Shown piece after piece: positions 19,545 through 31,554 of a stretch of 64,000 nt of DNA. How positions within the stretch are numbered: the stretch's first letter is position 1; each line of letters begins with the position of its first letter. A model generated the notes under the pieces. That model made no database searches. It worked only from the letters and a program-made list of their open reading frames with translations, and was not told the origin of the DNA. Source of the stretch: Armatimonadota bacterium (GTDB taxonomy: Bacteria; Armatimonadota; SYMT01); contig JAWLHY010000001.1 of the NCBI GenBank assembly GCA_041690135.1, forward strand, positions 1,504,001 to 1,568,000, written 5' to 3'. Position numbers and translations under genes: made by a program.

Positions 19545-21104
19545 TCAAACCACTGGCGATGCCGCACGCACCACGAGGCGCTTGTCAAACACTTCGCGTA
19601 CGGCGCCGCGGTGGTTTTCCAAGCCCCACAGCTCCAGTTGGCACTCTCCCTCTGCCTGGAGTTCCAGTACCAGGTCATTGCCGCCGGCCTCCAGTGAGGC
19701 CCGTACGCCCGTCACCTGCCCCAGGTGGCCCCGGTCCATGGACTCGGCGAGGCGGATCAAGGTGGAGAGGATGAGTACCGTATCGCGCTGACGACGGGTC
19801 AGGTCGACCATCGCCTCGTCTTTCCGCTTCGGAAGGCGTTTGCGGTGATGGAGCACCATGGCCGCCAACATCTGGGTTTCCGTGGCGTCGAATCCCAGCA
19901 GTGGGCTGTACCGGACGAGGTAATAACCGTGCCGGTGGTGATCCGTATACGAGATGAACCCCCCAACGTCGTGCAGGATGGCGCCAAAGTGGAGCAGTTC
20001 CCGCTCGGGAGCGCCAAACCGGTGCAGCTTCAGTTCCCTAAACTGATCGAACAGCTCGCAAGCCAGCCGGGCGACCGTCCGCGCGTGCGCTTCCTCGAAC
20101 TGGCAGCGACGTGCGAGTTGAAAGACACTGCGCCTCCGGATGGAGTCTCCGGCCATCGCGCCCAGGTTTCCGCCGTAGCGGGCCAGGCGATCCGCGATCA
20201 TTCCTTCTCGAAGAGCGCGGTGGCTCGTCAGCAGGTGGCCGGCTCCCAGCTCCCGCATGATCGCCGTGAGCACGGCGGCTCCGGCGACGATCAGATCGGC
20301 CCGCTCGGGGTTGATGCCGGGCACCTTGCGGCGCTGCTCCAGGGTAAGCCCACAGAGGCGTGCCGCTTGCGTCTCCAGCTCGTCCAGGCGTACCAGGTAA
20401 CTGCTGGAGCCGTCGGTTGCCTCGCCCTTGCTGCGTGCGACGATTTCCGCGAGGTTCAGGATCGTACCAGAGCTTCCGTACAGCACGTCATAGCCGTGAC
20501 TACGGACGCGCTGAACCGAGTGGATGGCGACCCCTCGGGCGTAATCCTGTATCCGGCGGTAGAGCTGCGGGTGGATGGGGCCGGTTTCCCCTTCCGTGAA
20601 GATGCCGGACACGCGAATGGCGCCTAGCTTCAGGCTTTCCAGGAGTTCCGGTCCTGTCTGGTCGCCCACCGCCAGTTCCGTGCTGCCGCCCCCAATATCG
20701 ATGACCAGCGCACGCTGACCGGCCAGGTCGAGGCCGGAAACCACGCCGAGATAGATCAATCGCGCTTCTTCCGCGCCGGAGATGACGTGGACATCGACGG
20801 CGGCTTCACGTCGGGCTCGGCTGACGAACTCGCTTTGGTTTTCCGCTTCCCGTAGGGCGGAAGTGCCCAGGACCGACATCTCTTCAGCGCCGTAGCCGCG
20901 GGCCACCTCAACGAACTTCCGCAAGACCAGGATGCCACGGTCCATCGCTTCCGGCGTGAGCCGGTTCGTGGCAAATTCACCCTCCCCGAGCCGGACGACT
21001 TCCTTCTGGAGCGACAGCAGTGAGTAACCAAAGTCTGGTTCCGGCTGTACGACTCCCAGCCGGATCGAGTTGGTCCCAATATCTACGACACCGAACGGCT
21101 TCAT
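19545..21104 (-). CDS. ppx: Ppx/GppA exopolyphosphatase with HD domain
   Basis: DIGTNSIRL, TSALREA, ISGAEEARL, DIGGGSTE, LREG, LHDVG. Confidence 0.93.
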   Translation of the reverse strand: MKPFGVVDIGTNSIRLGVVQPEPDFGYSLLSLQKEVVRLGEGEFATNRLTPEAMDRGILVLRKFVEVARGYGAEEMSVLGTSALREAENQSEFVSRARREAAVDVHVISGAEEARLIYLGVVSGLDLAGQRALVIDIGGGSTELAVGDQTGPELLESLKLGAIRVSGIFTEGETGPIHPQLYRRIQDYARGVAIHSVQRVRSHGYDVLYGSSGTILNLAEIVARSKGEATDGSSSYLVRLDELETQAARLCGLTLEQRRKVPGINPERADLIVAGAAVLTAIMRELGAGHLLTSHRALREGMIADRLARYGGNLGAMAGDSIRRRSVFQLARRCQFEEAHARTVARLACELFDQFRELKLHRFGAPERELLHFGAILHDVGGFISYTDHHRHGYYLVRYSPLLGFDATETQMLAAMVLHHRKRLPKRKDEAMVDLTRRQRDTVLILSTLIRLAESMDRGHLGQVTGVRASLEAGGNDLVLELQAEGECQLELWGLENHRGAVREVFDKRLVVRAASPVV

Positions 21105-22234
21105 TCTTTCTCCAGCTTGGACTCCAGAAGCTCTTCCAGCTCCTTGCGGCGGCGGCGGATGCGGCTGGCCAGGTCCTTCTGCTGATTCTCACCGAAGCTG
21201 CGCCGCTCTACGGCCCGGCGTAGCGCTCGCTCCGCCTGGTCGAGGGCTTCCGAGGCGGCCTGGCGCTGTTCCGGCGTAAGCGGTCGGGAATCCGTGATGA
21301 ACTCGCCGGCCGTAATCAACAACCGCGTGATCTGCCGCGTCAACTGCTTGGAGACGGCTGCGGCCCGGATGGCTTCCATCAACTCCAACGCCGCTTCCGG
21401 CAACTGCTCCCGTTGCTCGCGGATCCGACCCTGCCAGTTGACGGTATCATTCTCCTCGGCCTCGATCGCGACTTCTTCGTCCACTTCCTCCGCAGTCCCT
21501 TCTTGTGGTTCACCGCCTAAAGAATTGTCCACGCCCGCCACGACGGCGGGGCTACTCGCTGGTTTTGCTTCCGCCTCTTTCGTACTCAACTCGCCGTCCG
21601 TGGTCGAACTCGCTTCAGGTGCAGATTCCGACAGGGCGGTTTCCGCGGCGGCGGCGAATGCCTCCGCCTCTCCGGTGTCCACGGGCGATTCCGCCGCGTT
21701 CTTCCCCTTCTCTTTAGCCGTGCGAACCCGAGATTTAGACGCCTTGCCTTTCCGCGTGCTACGCCGGGGTGATTTTCCGGTGTCGGAGGCGGTGGGCTCG
21801 GACTCTCCGACCGCGTCCAACAGCGCCGTTTCTTCATCGTTGAGCGCTTCCGTCTCTTCCAGGTCCCGGTCCTCGGCGGCGGCTTCTTCCAGTTGCTCCA
21901 CCTGATACTCCAGTTCGGCTTCCAGGGCGGCCTGGGCACTGAGGGTTTCGACGGCTTCTTCCACCACGGCCGCCTCTTCCGCCGACCGGGGCGCGGTGAC
22001 CACGACGGCCGACTGGCCGTCCGGTGTCTCTACCTGGAGGGCCAGGCCGCGCTGACGCAGGAATTCCGCGATTCGCCGCGCTTGCCATGCGCCGACGCCT
22101 CGGATAGCCGCCAGTTCCGCTACTTTGAGCCGCAGCAGTCCTTCCAGGTCGTGGATGCCTGCTTCCGCCAGGGCGTCCCGCCGCACAGGTCCGAGGCCGG
22201 GAATATCGGCCAGGTTGAGATCCTCCCTACTCAT
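21101..22234 (-). CDS. Tandem helix-hairpin-helix protein with long acidic linker and helical C-terminal domain
   Basis: IPGLGP and IRGVGA HhH motifs; Glu/Ala-rich middle; GGAGGT RBS; 4-nt overlap with ppx. Confidence 0.8.
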   Translation of the reverse strand: MSREDLNLADIPGLGPVRRDALAEAGIHDLEGLLRLKVAELAAIRGVGAWQARRIAEFLRQRGLALQVETPDGQSAVVVTAPRSAEEAAVVEEAVETLSAQAALEAELEYQVEQLEEAAAEDRDLEETEALNDEETALLDAVGESEPTASDTGKSPRRSTRKGKASKSRVRTAKEKGKNAAESPVDTGEAEAFAAAAETALSESAPEASSTTDGELSTKEAEAKPASSPAVVAGVDNSLGGEPQEGTAEEVDEEVAIEAEENDTVNWQGRIREQREQLPEAALELMEAIRAAAVSKQLTRQITRLLITAGEFITDSRPLTPEQRQAASEALDQAERALRRAVERRSFGENQQKDLASRIRRRRKELEELLESKLEKE

Positions 22235-22283
22235 GCCAGTTCACCTCCTCTTTCCGACCGGTTCGATGTTCCGAGCGCCGGGT

Positions 22284-23324
22284 TCACGAGCCACTGGGCC
22301 GCTGGAACGCTTCAACGGCCCGCTCGCGGAACCCCTTCCGCTCGCATTTCTTCCATTCCTTGTAAAACGCCGCGTACAGGTCCCGGCGGACCTCTTCCTC
22401 ACGCTGCTTCAGCACGCTCAGGCTGGCAAGTACCGGCTCCGGAAGCATCAGCCCTACCGCTTCCAATCCCCGGGCGTCCAGCGGAGCGGCGAGCATATCC
22501 CGCAAGATGTAACGGCGCACGTCGCTATCGTGAAGATCGCCCAACAGTTCCTGGAAATTCTTGATCACCCCGATCGTTTGCTTCAAGGCATCTTCGTATG
22601 CCGGGGCGAACAGCTCCATCGTGTACCGGAGCCACTTGGCGGCGATCCGCATCTCATGGAGTTCCTCCTCAGCTTCCGGCCGATGTACGTGGCTCTCGAA
22701 CGAGTAGAACTCTTCCAGCCGCTCCAGTAGGAACTCCGGCGCGGCGGCGGAAAAAGCACGCCGGCAGTCCAGCGGCGACGCACCGTGTTTTCCGGCTCCC
22801 GCCACTATGGGATGGAGCCCAGCGGCGTATTCTTCCGCCTCCCCGCGAACATAGCGACGGAGCCGCCCGGCGAAGTCAGTGTCGGCGATGCGGTCCAGTG
22901 AGGCCAGCATCGGAATCCGCGCCCGCCGGCGCAGTCGTTCCTGGATCGCGATGAAGTAGTCGATTCCCAGCAACGTCTCCGGGTCTTCTTCCGACCGCAT
23001 CCGCCGGTAGTGATCGATGAGAACATCCAGGTCGCGTACACCCCCGAGATCTCGCGTCACCTGGCGCGCCTCTCGGAGCAGGCGCCGGTATCCCTTGCCG
23101 GGGAAGCAGCCCGCAAAAACCCGCATCGCGGCCACGAGGCGCCGCGACCACACGCGCATGTCGTGCACCGCCTCGATGTCCTCGCCTTCCCGCACGCCGC
23201 CGGTATGGGCGAGCATCGTCTCCGCGCGTTCGGAGATCGCCTGGTAAGCCCACGCCCACAGCGGCGAACCGGGCGTGAGTGGCGCTTCAAGGGCTTCGTA
23301 GTGGGTCAAAGAATTCTGGCTCAT
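22284..23324 (-). CDS. CHAD domain protein (polyphosphate-binding family)
   Basis: EAVHDMRVWSRRL, LGGVRDLDV, LHEMRIAAKWLRY, QELLGDLHD. Confidence 0.92.
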   Translation of the reverse strand: MSQNSLTHYEALEAPLTPGSPLWAWAYQAISERAETMLAHTGGVREGEDIEAVHDMRVWSRRLVAAMRVFAGCFPGKGYRRLLREARQVTRDLGGVRDLDVLIDHYRRMRSEEDPETLLGIDYFIAIQERLRRRARIPMLASLDRIADTDFAGRLRRYVRGEAEEYAAGLHPIVAGAGKHGASPLDCRRAFSAAAPEFLLERLEEFYSFESHVHRPEAEEELHEMRIAAKWLRYTMELFAPAYEDALKQTIGVIKNFQELLGDLHDSDVRRYILRDMLAAPLDARGLEAVGLMLPEPVLASLSVLKQREEEVRRDLYAAFYKEWKKCERKGFRERAVEAFQRPSGS

Positions 23325-23706
23325 GCGAGTGGGTGTGACGTCGGGCCAAAATGATAATACCCGGGCGCGGGCTTGCGGGCGCTGGCCCGCCTTACCCGCG
23401 GAATATTACGCAATGATACCACGGCCCCGCCACCTCAACCGGCTTCGCGCCCCTGATTTAAGACACGGAGTCATACTCATTTGCTCGGAGTTAATACTCC
23501 CCTGCCCCACGCCTGCCCCGCCCTTACAATCGGCACCCGTCTCGCCGACCCAAGCTGTAGGGACGGGGGCCGTGACTGACCGGCACTGAATGAGCTGAAT
23601 GCGCGCAAAACCCTCGTCATTGTGTCACCCCACCTCAGATTGGGTAACCGGAAATGGCGGTTACAGTCGCGGCACAAAGCTGATTGCCAACCAGTGCCAG
23701 GATTTG

Positions 23707-23736
23707 CTTGACACTCATGCACTCAACGTCTATATT
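23707..23736 (+). promoter_or_regulatory. Sigma70 promoter of the dnaK operon with overlapping HAIR-like (HspR) operator
   Basis: TTGACA-N17-TATATT; CTTGACA-N7-ACTCAAC resembles HAIR CTTGAGT-N7-ACTCAAG; hspR is in the operon. Confidence 0.8.
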
Positions 23737-23862
23737 AACTTCGTGCTAAACACGGCTGACGCCGGGCGTCGGCAGGAAGGTATTCGCGCGGTAACAACCG
23801 GGTATACTGGGCGGGGCCGGCGATGGCCTCGGAACAGGGTCAGTTTTGGAGGAAGGCAAACC

Positions 23863-25782
<1,920 letters not shown>

Positions 25783-25921
25783 TACCGGCGAGTGAGTAAG
25801 CCGGCAGGAAGACCGGGAGGCAGCGGGTTCTTCGCCAGTGCGGAGTTCGCCCCGCCTCTCGGTCCCTTCCGGTAAGGGAAGTGGGATTCGGGCGTATTGG
25901 AATGGGTTCAGGGGGTGTAAG

Positions 25922-27064
25922 GTGGCGGCGGGACAGGACTTCTATGGGGTTCTCGGGGTCAGTAGGGACGCCAGCCAGAAGGAGATCAAGGCGGCGTACC
26001 GCAAGCTCGCCCGCAAGTACCACCCGGACGTGAACCCGGGCGACAAGGCTTCCGAGGAGAAGTTCAAAGAGATCAGCCAGGCTTACGAGGTCCTGAGCGA
26101 TCCGGAGAAGCGGAAGAAGTACGACCAGTTCGGCTCGCAGTGGGAGTTTGCCAACCAGGGCGGAGGCGCTCCGGGCGGCGGCGGGTTCACCTACACGCCC
26201 GGAGGGACCGGTGGAGTCAATTTCGACTTCGACATGGGCGGGGCCGGCGGCCTGGAAGATCTTCTCGGCGGATTGTTCGGAGCCGGATTCGGCGGCGCGG
26301 CGACCCGCGGCGGAACGCGCCGGGGCGAAGACCTGCAATATGAGATCGAAGTCTCGCTGGAGGAGGCGTACCAGGGCGGCGAGCGGCGGTTCACGATCAC
26401 CGCTCCGGACAACTGCCCTACGTGTCACGGCTCCGGGGCGGAGCCGGGCGCGCGGATGGAAACCTGCCCGCAGTGCAAGGGTTCCGGCCGCGGACGGTCT
26501 CTGGGCGGGTTCACGCTGCGGGGAGAGACCTGCAACGTCTGCCACGGTACCGGCCAGGTCCCCACGCAGAAGTGCCATACCTGCCGGGGTCGGGGCATTG
26601 TCGAACGGCCGCGCGCCGTCACCGTGACCATCCCGCGCGGCGTGGATGAAGGCAACAAACTCCGCATCGCCGGGCAAGGCAATCCGGGAGAAGCAGGCGC
26701 GCCGGCGGGCGACCTGTACCTGGTCATCCGGCTGAAGCCGCACGCTCTCTTCGAGCGGAAGGGCGACGATCTCTATGTCGATCTTCCGGTCACTTTCGCG
26801 GAAGCGGCACTCGGCGGTGAGGTCCAGGTGCCGACCGTATCCAGCAAGGTCACCATGCGCATTCCCGCGGGAGTGCAGAGCGGGCAGCAGCTACGTCTCG
26901 CCGGACAGGGAATGCCCCGTCGTGCGGGTGGCTCGGGAGACCTCTACGCCCGGCTGAAAGTGACGGTGCCGCGCAACCTTTCGGATGAGGAGCGGGAACT
27001 CATTGAGCAGTTGCGCGCGCTTCGCTCCGAAAACCCCCGCGAACGCATCCTGGTCGGACGTTAG
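25922..27064 (+). CDS. dnaJ: Chaperone DnaJ
   Basis: J-domain HPD, G/F-rich region, four CxxCxGxG; GTG start. Confidence 0.96.
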   Translation: MAAGQDFYGVLGVSRDASQKEIKAAYRKLARKYHPDVNPGDKASEEKFKEISQAYEVLSDPEKRKKYDQFGSQWEFANQGGGAPGGGGFTYTPGGTGGVNFDFDMGGAGGLEDLLGGLFGAGFGGAATRGGTRRGEDLQYEIEVSLEEAYQGGERRFTITAPDNCPTCHGSGAEPGARMETCPQCKGSGRGRSLGGFTLRGETCNVCHGTGQVPTQKCHTCRGRGIVERPRAVTVTIPRGVDEGNKLRIAGQGNPGEAGAPAGDLYLVIRLKPHALFERKGDDLYVDLPVTFAEAALGGEVQVPTVSSKVTMRIPAGVQSGQQLRLAGQGMPRRAGGSGDLYARLKVTVPRNLSDEERELIEQLRALRSENPRERILVGR

Positions 27065-27097
27065 CGACAGGCGATTTGGAAAGAGGGAGAGGCGACC

Positions 27098-27424
27098 GTG
27101 AAGAACGAGCTGAGCGACGAGCCGGTCTACGTGATCAGCGTCGCGGCCGACCTCGTGAGCATGCATCCGCAGACGCTGCGCCTTTACGAGCGGGTGGGCC
27201 TGGTTAAGCCGGCCCGCCGGGGCAGCAACCGGCTGTACAGCGAGCGCGATATCGATCGACTGCGACAGATACAACGGCTGACGCAGGACATGGGGGTCAA
27301 TCTCGCCGGGGTGGAGATTATCCTGAACCTGCTGGAACAGATCACGCAGATGCAGGACGAGCTCGATCTTCTGCGCCAGCAGCGCCTCCCCGTTCCTACC
27401 TTGGAAGACGACCGCTTTCTGTAA
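27098..27424 (+). CDS. hspR: Heat-shock repressor HspR (MerR family)
   Basis: [29 protein letters not shown]; follows dnaJ. Confidence 0.92.
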   Translation: MKNELSDEPVYVISVAADLVSMHPQTLRLYERVGLVKPARRGSNRLYSERDIDRLRQIQRLTQDMGVNLAGVEIILNLLEQITQMQDELDLLRQQRLPVPTLEDDRFL

Positions 27425-27445
27425 GGGTGACACGCACCGTGGCGC

Positions 27446-27461
27446 GGGCGTCTAGCCCGCC
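27446..27461. repeat. Short REP-like palindrome (second copy at 54340-54355)
   Basis: gggcgtctagcccgcc versus gggcgtctcgcccgcc, both outside my called genes. Confidence 0.45.
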
Positions 27462-27662
27462 TCTGGAATGATGACGACCAGACGCAGCCAGGGCTGTCCC
27501 CGACCAGGACTCTGGAGACCCACCCGTATCGCATCCCGGCAGTAGCGCCTCATCGCGATCAACCGTCCCCACCCATACTCCAAAGTGGTGGGGACGGTGC
27601 TGATAGCTGTGCGACTTCTCCGCCCCAACCACTGGCACGCGGCACCCGCCAAGCAAGTTGCC

Positions 27663-28631
27663 CTACGACACGCTCCGCTGGGAGAGACTCCGCACCCGCC
27701 GCACCTGCTGGTCGAGGGCCGCAGTCACCTTCTCCACGTCCGTTCCCCAGATATCCACCCCGGGCGGGGCTTCGCCAGCCTCGAAGTACCTGCCTCCGGC
27801 CGCGATGAGGGGGAGGGGTTGCTCCCCTCTCCACCGCTGGAGACGCTCCACAGTCCGCTCCAGAGCCGCGCCCCCAGCCTCGGTGGTCACACACAGTGCA
27901 ACCACGTCCGGCAGGTGTCGGTTCACCGCTTCCATCAGGTGCTCCAACGGCAGTAGCCCGTTGAGATACCATACGCGCCAGCCTTGTGCCAGCAGGAAGT
28001 CGGCCACCATCCGGCCGCCCAGGGTGTGGAGCTCACCTTCCACGCAGCCGACGAGGACGGTGGGCGCATTGGGGTACGGTTCCGAAGGAAGCTGAAGAGA
28101 GAGGCGGTGGAGCAGGCGCAGCACGATGCCGGTAACCAGATGCTCCGTGGCGACCCCCAACTCCCCCCGCTCCCACAACTCCCCTACCCGTTCCAGAGTT
28201 GGGGTGAAAACCTGCAGGTAGAGATCTTTCCACTGCACGCCCGATGCCAGGGCGGCGTCTACTACCCGCGCCGCCTCCTCTTCCCGCAAGGTGAGGAGTG
28301 CCTCGAGAAACTCCCGCCGGAGTTCCTGGAGGTCCTGGGGCGGCGAGGTCGGCCCTTCGCCATGGGAAAGCACGAAGTGCGCGAGGCCCGCACTGGCGAT
28401 CCGGTAGATGACCTGCCGCCCCTCCTTCTGAAAGGTGACTAGGGTACGCTCTCGCAGCCGGCCCAGATGATTGGAGACGTTCGGTTGGGTCAGCCCCGTG
28501 GCCTCCACCAGTTCCGAAACACTCTTGGGGCCCAGGGCCAGCGCCCGCAGGATGGCGCCAGCCGCGCCGCGTGGCAGCGCGAGCTGGCCCCGATCGGTTA
28601 TTCCATTGCTCTCGAGCGTGTCTTCCGCCAC
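27663..28631 (-). CDS. ArsR-type HTH / cobalamin-binding transcriptional regulator
   Basis: SVSELVEATGLTQPNVSNHL HTH; W-x9-EH (WERGELGVATEH) and ExHxxG (ELHTLG). Confidence 0.88.
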   Translation of the reverse strand: MAEDTLESNGITDRGQLALPRGAAGAILRALALGPKSVSELVEATGLTQPNVSNHLGRLRERTLVTFQKEGRQVIYRIASAGLAHFVLSHGEGPTSPPQDLQELRREFLEALLTLREEEAARVVDAALASGVQWKDLYLQVFTPTLERVGELWERGELGVATEHLVTGIVLRLLHRLSLQLPSEPYPNAPTVLVGCVEGELHTLGGRMVADFLLAQGWRVWYLNGLLPLEHLMEAVNRHLPDVVALCVTTEAGGAALERTVERLQRWRGEQPLPLIAAGGRYFEAGEAPPGVDIWGTDVEKVTAALDQQVRRVRSLSQRSVS

Positions 28632-28690
28632 CTGAGCCCCACCCGTGCGCTACCTATTATGCCTTCGTGATACGGCATTGTATCCGCGGA

Positions 28691-29326
28691 TCAGTCCAGC
28701 CGCTTCACACGGATGTTCTTGTAGCGAACGATGCTCTTGGGGTCGTGGGCCTGCAGCGCGAAGGTGCCGGAGTCGAGCTTCCGGGTGAAGTCGGTCCCCG
28801 CCTTGCGGTCCGCTTCTTCCGTGAAATCGACCACGGTCTTGCCGTCCACCTTGACGGTGATCTGCCGTCCGCGGACGATGATGTGCTCGGTGAACCACTT
28901 GCCATCCTGCGCCGGCGCTTCCTTCACGTCGCTCACGGCGTAGAGGCTGCCGGTCTTGCGCGGGTCGCCGCCCGTGTTATTCACCTGCACCTCGTAGCCG
29001 TACTTCGGCCAACCGGTGGGCTGCCACTGGGTGTGGAAATAGATGCCGCCGTTGGAGGCGGGCTCCGTCATCACGTCGACCTTGAGCTCGAAGTTCACGA
29101 ACGGCTTCGGGTCACCGACGAAAAAGAGGTGGCTGCGGGGACCCTCGGCGACGAGTGCGCCGTCGACGACTTTCCAGGTGCTCTCATTCTCGCTGGCGCG
29201 CCAGCCCTTCATGGTCTTGCCGTCGAAGAGGCTGGTAAAGCCCTTTTCGGAATCGGCGGCCTGCGTTCCCGTAACGGCCGCGCCCGCGAGGAGGGCGGCG
29301 GCGCCCAGTGCAAAAAGCTGCTTCAC
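28691..29326 (-). CDS. Exported DUF1080 (3-keto-disaccharide hydrolase-like) protein
   Basis: Signal peptide; SLFDGK..GW, NGGIYF, GYEVQV, TGSLY, ALQAHD. Confidence 0.9.
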   Translation of the reverse strand: MKQLFALGAAALLAGAAVTGTQAADSEKGFTSLFDGKTMKGWRASENESTWKVVDGALVAEGPRSHLFFVGDPKPFVNFELKVDVMTEPASNGGIYFHTQWQPTGWPKYGYEVQVNNTGGDPRKTGSLYAVSDVKEAPAQDGKWFTEHIIVRGRQITVKVDGKTVVDFTEEADRKAGTDFTRKLDSGTFALQAHDPKSIVRYKNIRVKRLD

Positions 29327-29406
29327 GTAATACTCCCGTGTCTCATCGGCACGCCACTTCCGGTGCCGCGGAATCTATTATGGCGTGGTAGCCACGGGGA
29401 ATCCGG

Positions 29407-30426
29407 TTAGAGCTGGTTGTTCTTCGCGGCGGCCTGTTGGGTGAGCCGGGTGATCGAACTCCGAGTGAGAGGTGTTTCGCTCTCGGATCCCAGGTAGCGC
29501 TCCGTGCCGGCGTCGTCCGGCTCCGGCAGGGCGCGGTTCATCAGGGCCATCAAGTCGCTGGTGGCACCGGGGAAGAGACCGTGGAACCGGACCGCCAGCT
29601 CCGGCCACCAGCCGATGATCAGCTCGGGGTCGCCGCGCCGGGTAGCGGCCACGATCTGGCGTGCGGCCCGTTCCGCGGGCACGGAGGCCCCAGGCAGGGA
29701 ATCGCTCAGCGCAAACCAGGTGTACTCCGCGTGGTGATCGCCCTTGAAGAAGGCGTTGCGGGGACTGCCGGTACGCATCGTCGCGGGCACCACGGTGGTG
29801 ACGAGGATACCGTCCTTCTTCAGTTCCGCCCGCAGCCCTTCGGAAAGACCGACCAGGGCGAATTTGCTCGCGCTGTAGGGCAGCATGTGGGGCACGGAAA
29901 CCTTTCCGCCGATCGAGCTGACGTTCACGATGCGCCCTTCTCCCTGCTGTTTCATGCAGGGTAGAACCGCCCGCGTCAGGTGAAGCGGTCCCCAGAAGTG
30001 AATCCGCATCGCTTCCTCGAAGTCCGCGACCGTTTGCACCTCCAGCGGTCCGACTTGAATCACCCCCGCGTTGTTCACCAGCACGTCGAGGCACCCGTAC
30101 CGGCTGATGACGGTCTCCACGAGTTGCTGGATCTGGTCGGGGTCCGACACGTCGCACCGCACGGGGAAGACCTCGACCCCCCGCCGGGCGAGGCCCTCGC
30201 GCGCCCTCTCCAGTTCCTCGGGATCACGGGCGCAAATCACGAGCCGGGCGCCCCGGGCGCCGAACTCGCGGGCCAGGACGAGGCCCAGCCCGCGCGAGCC
30301 ACCGGTGATAAGTACGATCCGACCCCGGAGATCCATCGCCCGGCGCGACTGCCACAACGCGCCCGCCGCAAGCAGCGCCGCTCCCCCCGCCGCCCACCAG
30401 AGCGCGTTTTTCCGATTTCGTTCCAT
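29407..30426 (-). CDS. SDR family oxidoreductase with N-terminal membrane anchor
   Basis: TGGSRGLG, NNAG, YSASK. Confidence 0.92.
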   Translation of the reverse strand: MERNRKNALWWAAGGAALLAAGALWQSRRAMDLRGRIVLITGGSRGLGLVLAREFGARGARLVICARDPEELERAREGLARRGVEVFPVRCDVSDPDQIQQLVETVISRYGCLDVLVNNAGVIQVGPLEVQTVADFEEAMRIHFWGPLHLTRAVLPCMKQQGEGRIVNVSSIGGKVSVPHMLPYSASKFALVGLSEGLRAELKKDGILVTTVVPATMRTGSPRNAFFKGDHHAEYTWFALSDSLPGASVPAERAARQIVAATRRGDPELIIGWWPELAVRFHGLFPGATSDLMALMNRALPEPDDAGTERYLGSESETPLTRSSITRLTQQAAAKNNQL

Positions 30427-30568
30427 CCGTGCCCCTCCGCGACCCTTCACCCGAGCTGCATTCTCAGGATCGAGGTCCCCGGATCGGTGGCGGCCAAAAC
30501 CTCCGCACGGGCTCTCCTATCCCCGCAACTCCTACCCTGTCCCCGACCCCCGGCCCCTGACCCCCAGC

Positions 30569-30976
30569 TTACAACTGGTACCGCCGCTCCTCCGCCGGCG
30601 GATGATCGCGCGCTTCGAAGATGCGGCGCACGAACTCCAGCAACTGCAGCGGGTTGAACGGCTTCGTGAGATAGACCTCCACTCCGGCTTTCCAACCCTC
30701 CATAACATCCGCGTCCTGCGCTTTGGCCGTCAGCATCACCACCGGGATCTCCCGTGTTTCCGGGTCCAGCTTCAGGCGGCGGAGCACTTCGAAGCCGTCC
30801 ATCCGCGGCATCATCACGTCCAGAACCACCATGTCCGGGCGTTCGGTTCGGATCCGGTCGAGGGCCTCTTCCCCATCCATCGCGGTAGAAACGCGATAGC
30901 CCTGCCGCTGCAGGTTCACCTCGATCAGACGCCGGATGTTCACTTCGTCATCTACGGCCAGGATATGCTTCGGCAT
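30569..30976 (-). CDS. Single-domain response regulator
   Basis: ILAVDD, LDVMMP, MLTA, TKPF. Confidence 0.92.
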   Translation of the reverse strand: MPKHILAVDDEVNIRRLIEVNLQRQGYRVSTAMDGEEALDRIRTERPDMVVLDVMMPRMDGFEVLRRLKLDPETREIPVVMLTAKAQDADVMEGWKAGVEVYLTKPFNPLQLLEFVRRIFEARDHPPAEERRYQL

Positions 30977-31002
30977 CGGTTTTCCCTTTCTGTCCAAGTG
31001 GA

Positions 31003-31554
31003 TCACTTCTGCCAACGACGCTGAGAGGGCGGGTTCTCCGGGGTTCCGAGCAGCGACACCATCCGGTCCACGATCTCCCGGAGTTGCTCCGGATCGAACG
31101 GCTTGGCCAGATAGAGGTCTGCCCCTTCGAGCAGCCCCTCCCGGACCTGGACGTCCGAACTGCGTGCGGTGAGCATGATGACCGGAATCTCGCTGGTCCG
31201 CGGGTCCGATTTCAGCCGTTCAACGACCCGGAGGCCGTCGAGGTTCGGCATCATGACGTCGAGGATGATCAGGTCGGGCGGATCCGCGGCCACGTGGGCA
31301 AGCCCCTCCAGCCCGTCCGCCGCCAGGTCGACTCGATAGCCGGCCCGCTCGAGATGGACCTGGATCAGCCTCCGGATGTTCGGCTGGTCTTCCACCACCA
31401 GGATTCCCGGAGCCTGTTCCGGCTGCCGGTCGCGGGCCGTACCCGGCGGCAGGCAGCGCTGTCGGAGTCCCGGTGGCGGCTCGGGAAGCTCAGACGCTCG
31501 CAGGCGGGCTTCGAAGGCCGCCCATGGTTCCTCTGCGTCAATCTCTTCCCGCAC
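31003..31554 (-). CDS. Receiver-domain protein with ~50-aa anti-sigma-like N-terminal extension
   Basis: N-terminal FEARLRASELPEPPPGLRQRCL, then VVEDQ, LDVMMP, LTA, AKPF; GTG start overlaps the ECF gene end. Confidence 0.88.
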   Translation of the reverse strand: MREEIDAEEPWAAFEARLRASELPEPPPGLRQRCLPPGTARDRQPEQAPGILVVEDQPNIRRLIQVHLERAGYRVDLAADGLEGLAHVAADPPDLIILDVMMPNLDGLRVVERLKSDPRTSEIPVIMLTARSSDVQVREGLLEGADLYLAKPFDPEQLREIVDRMVSLLGTPENPPSQRRWQK

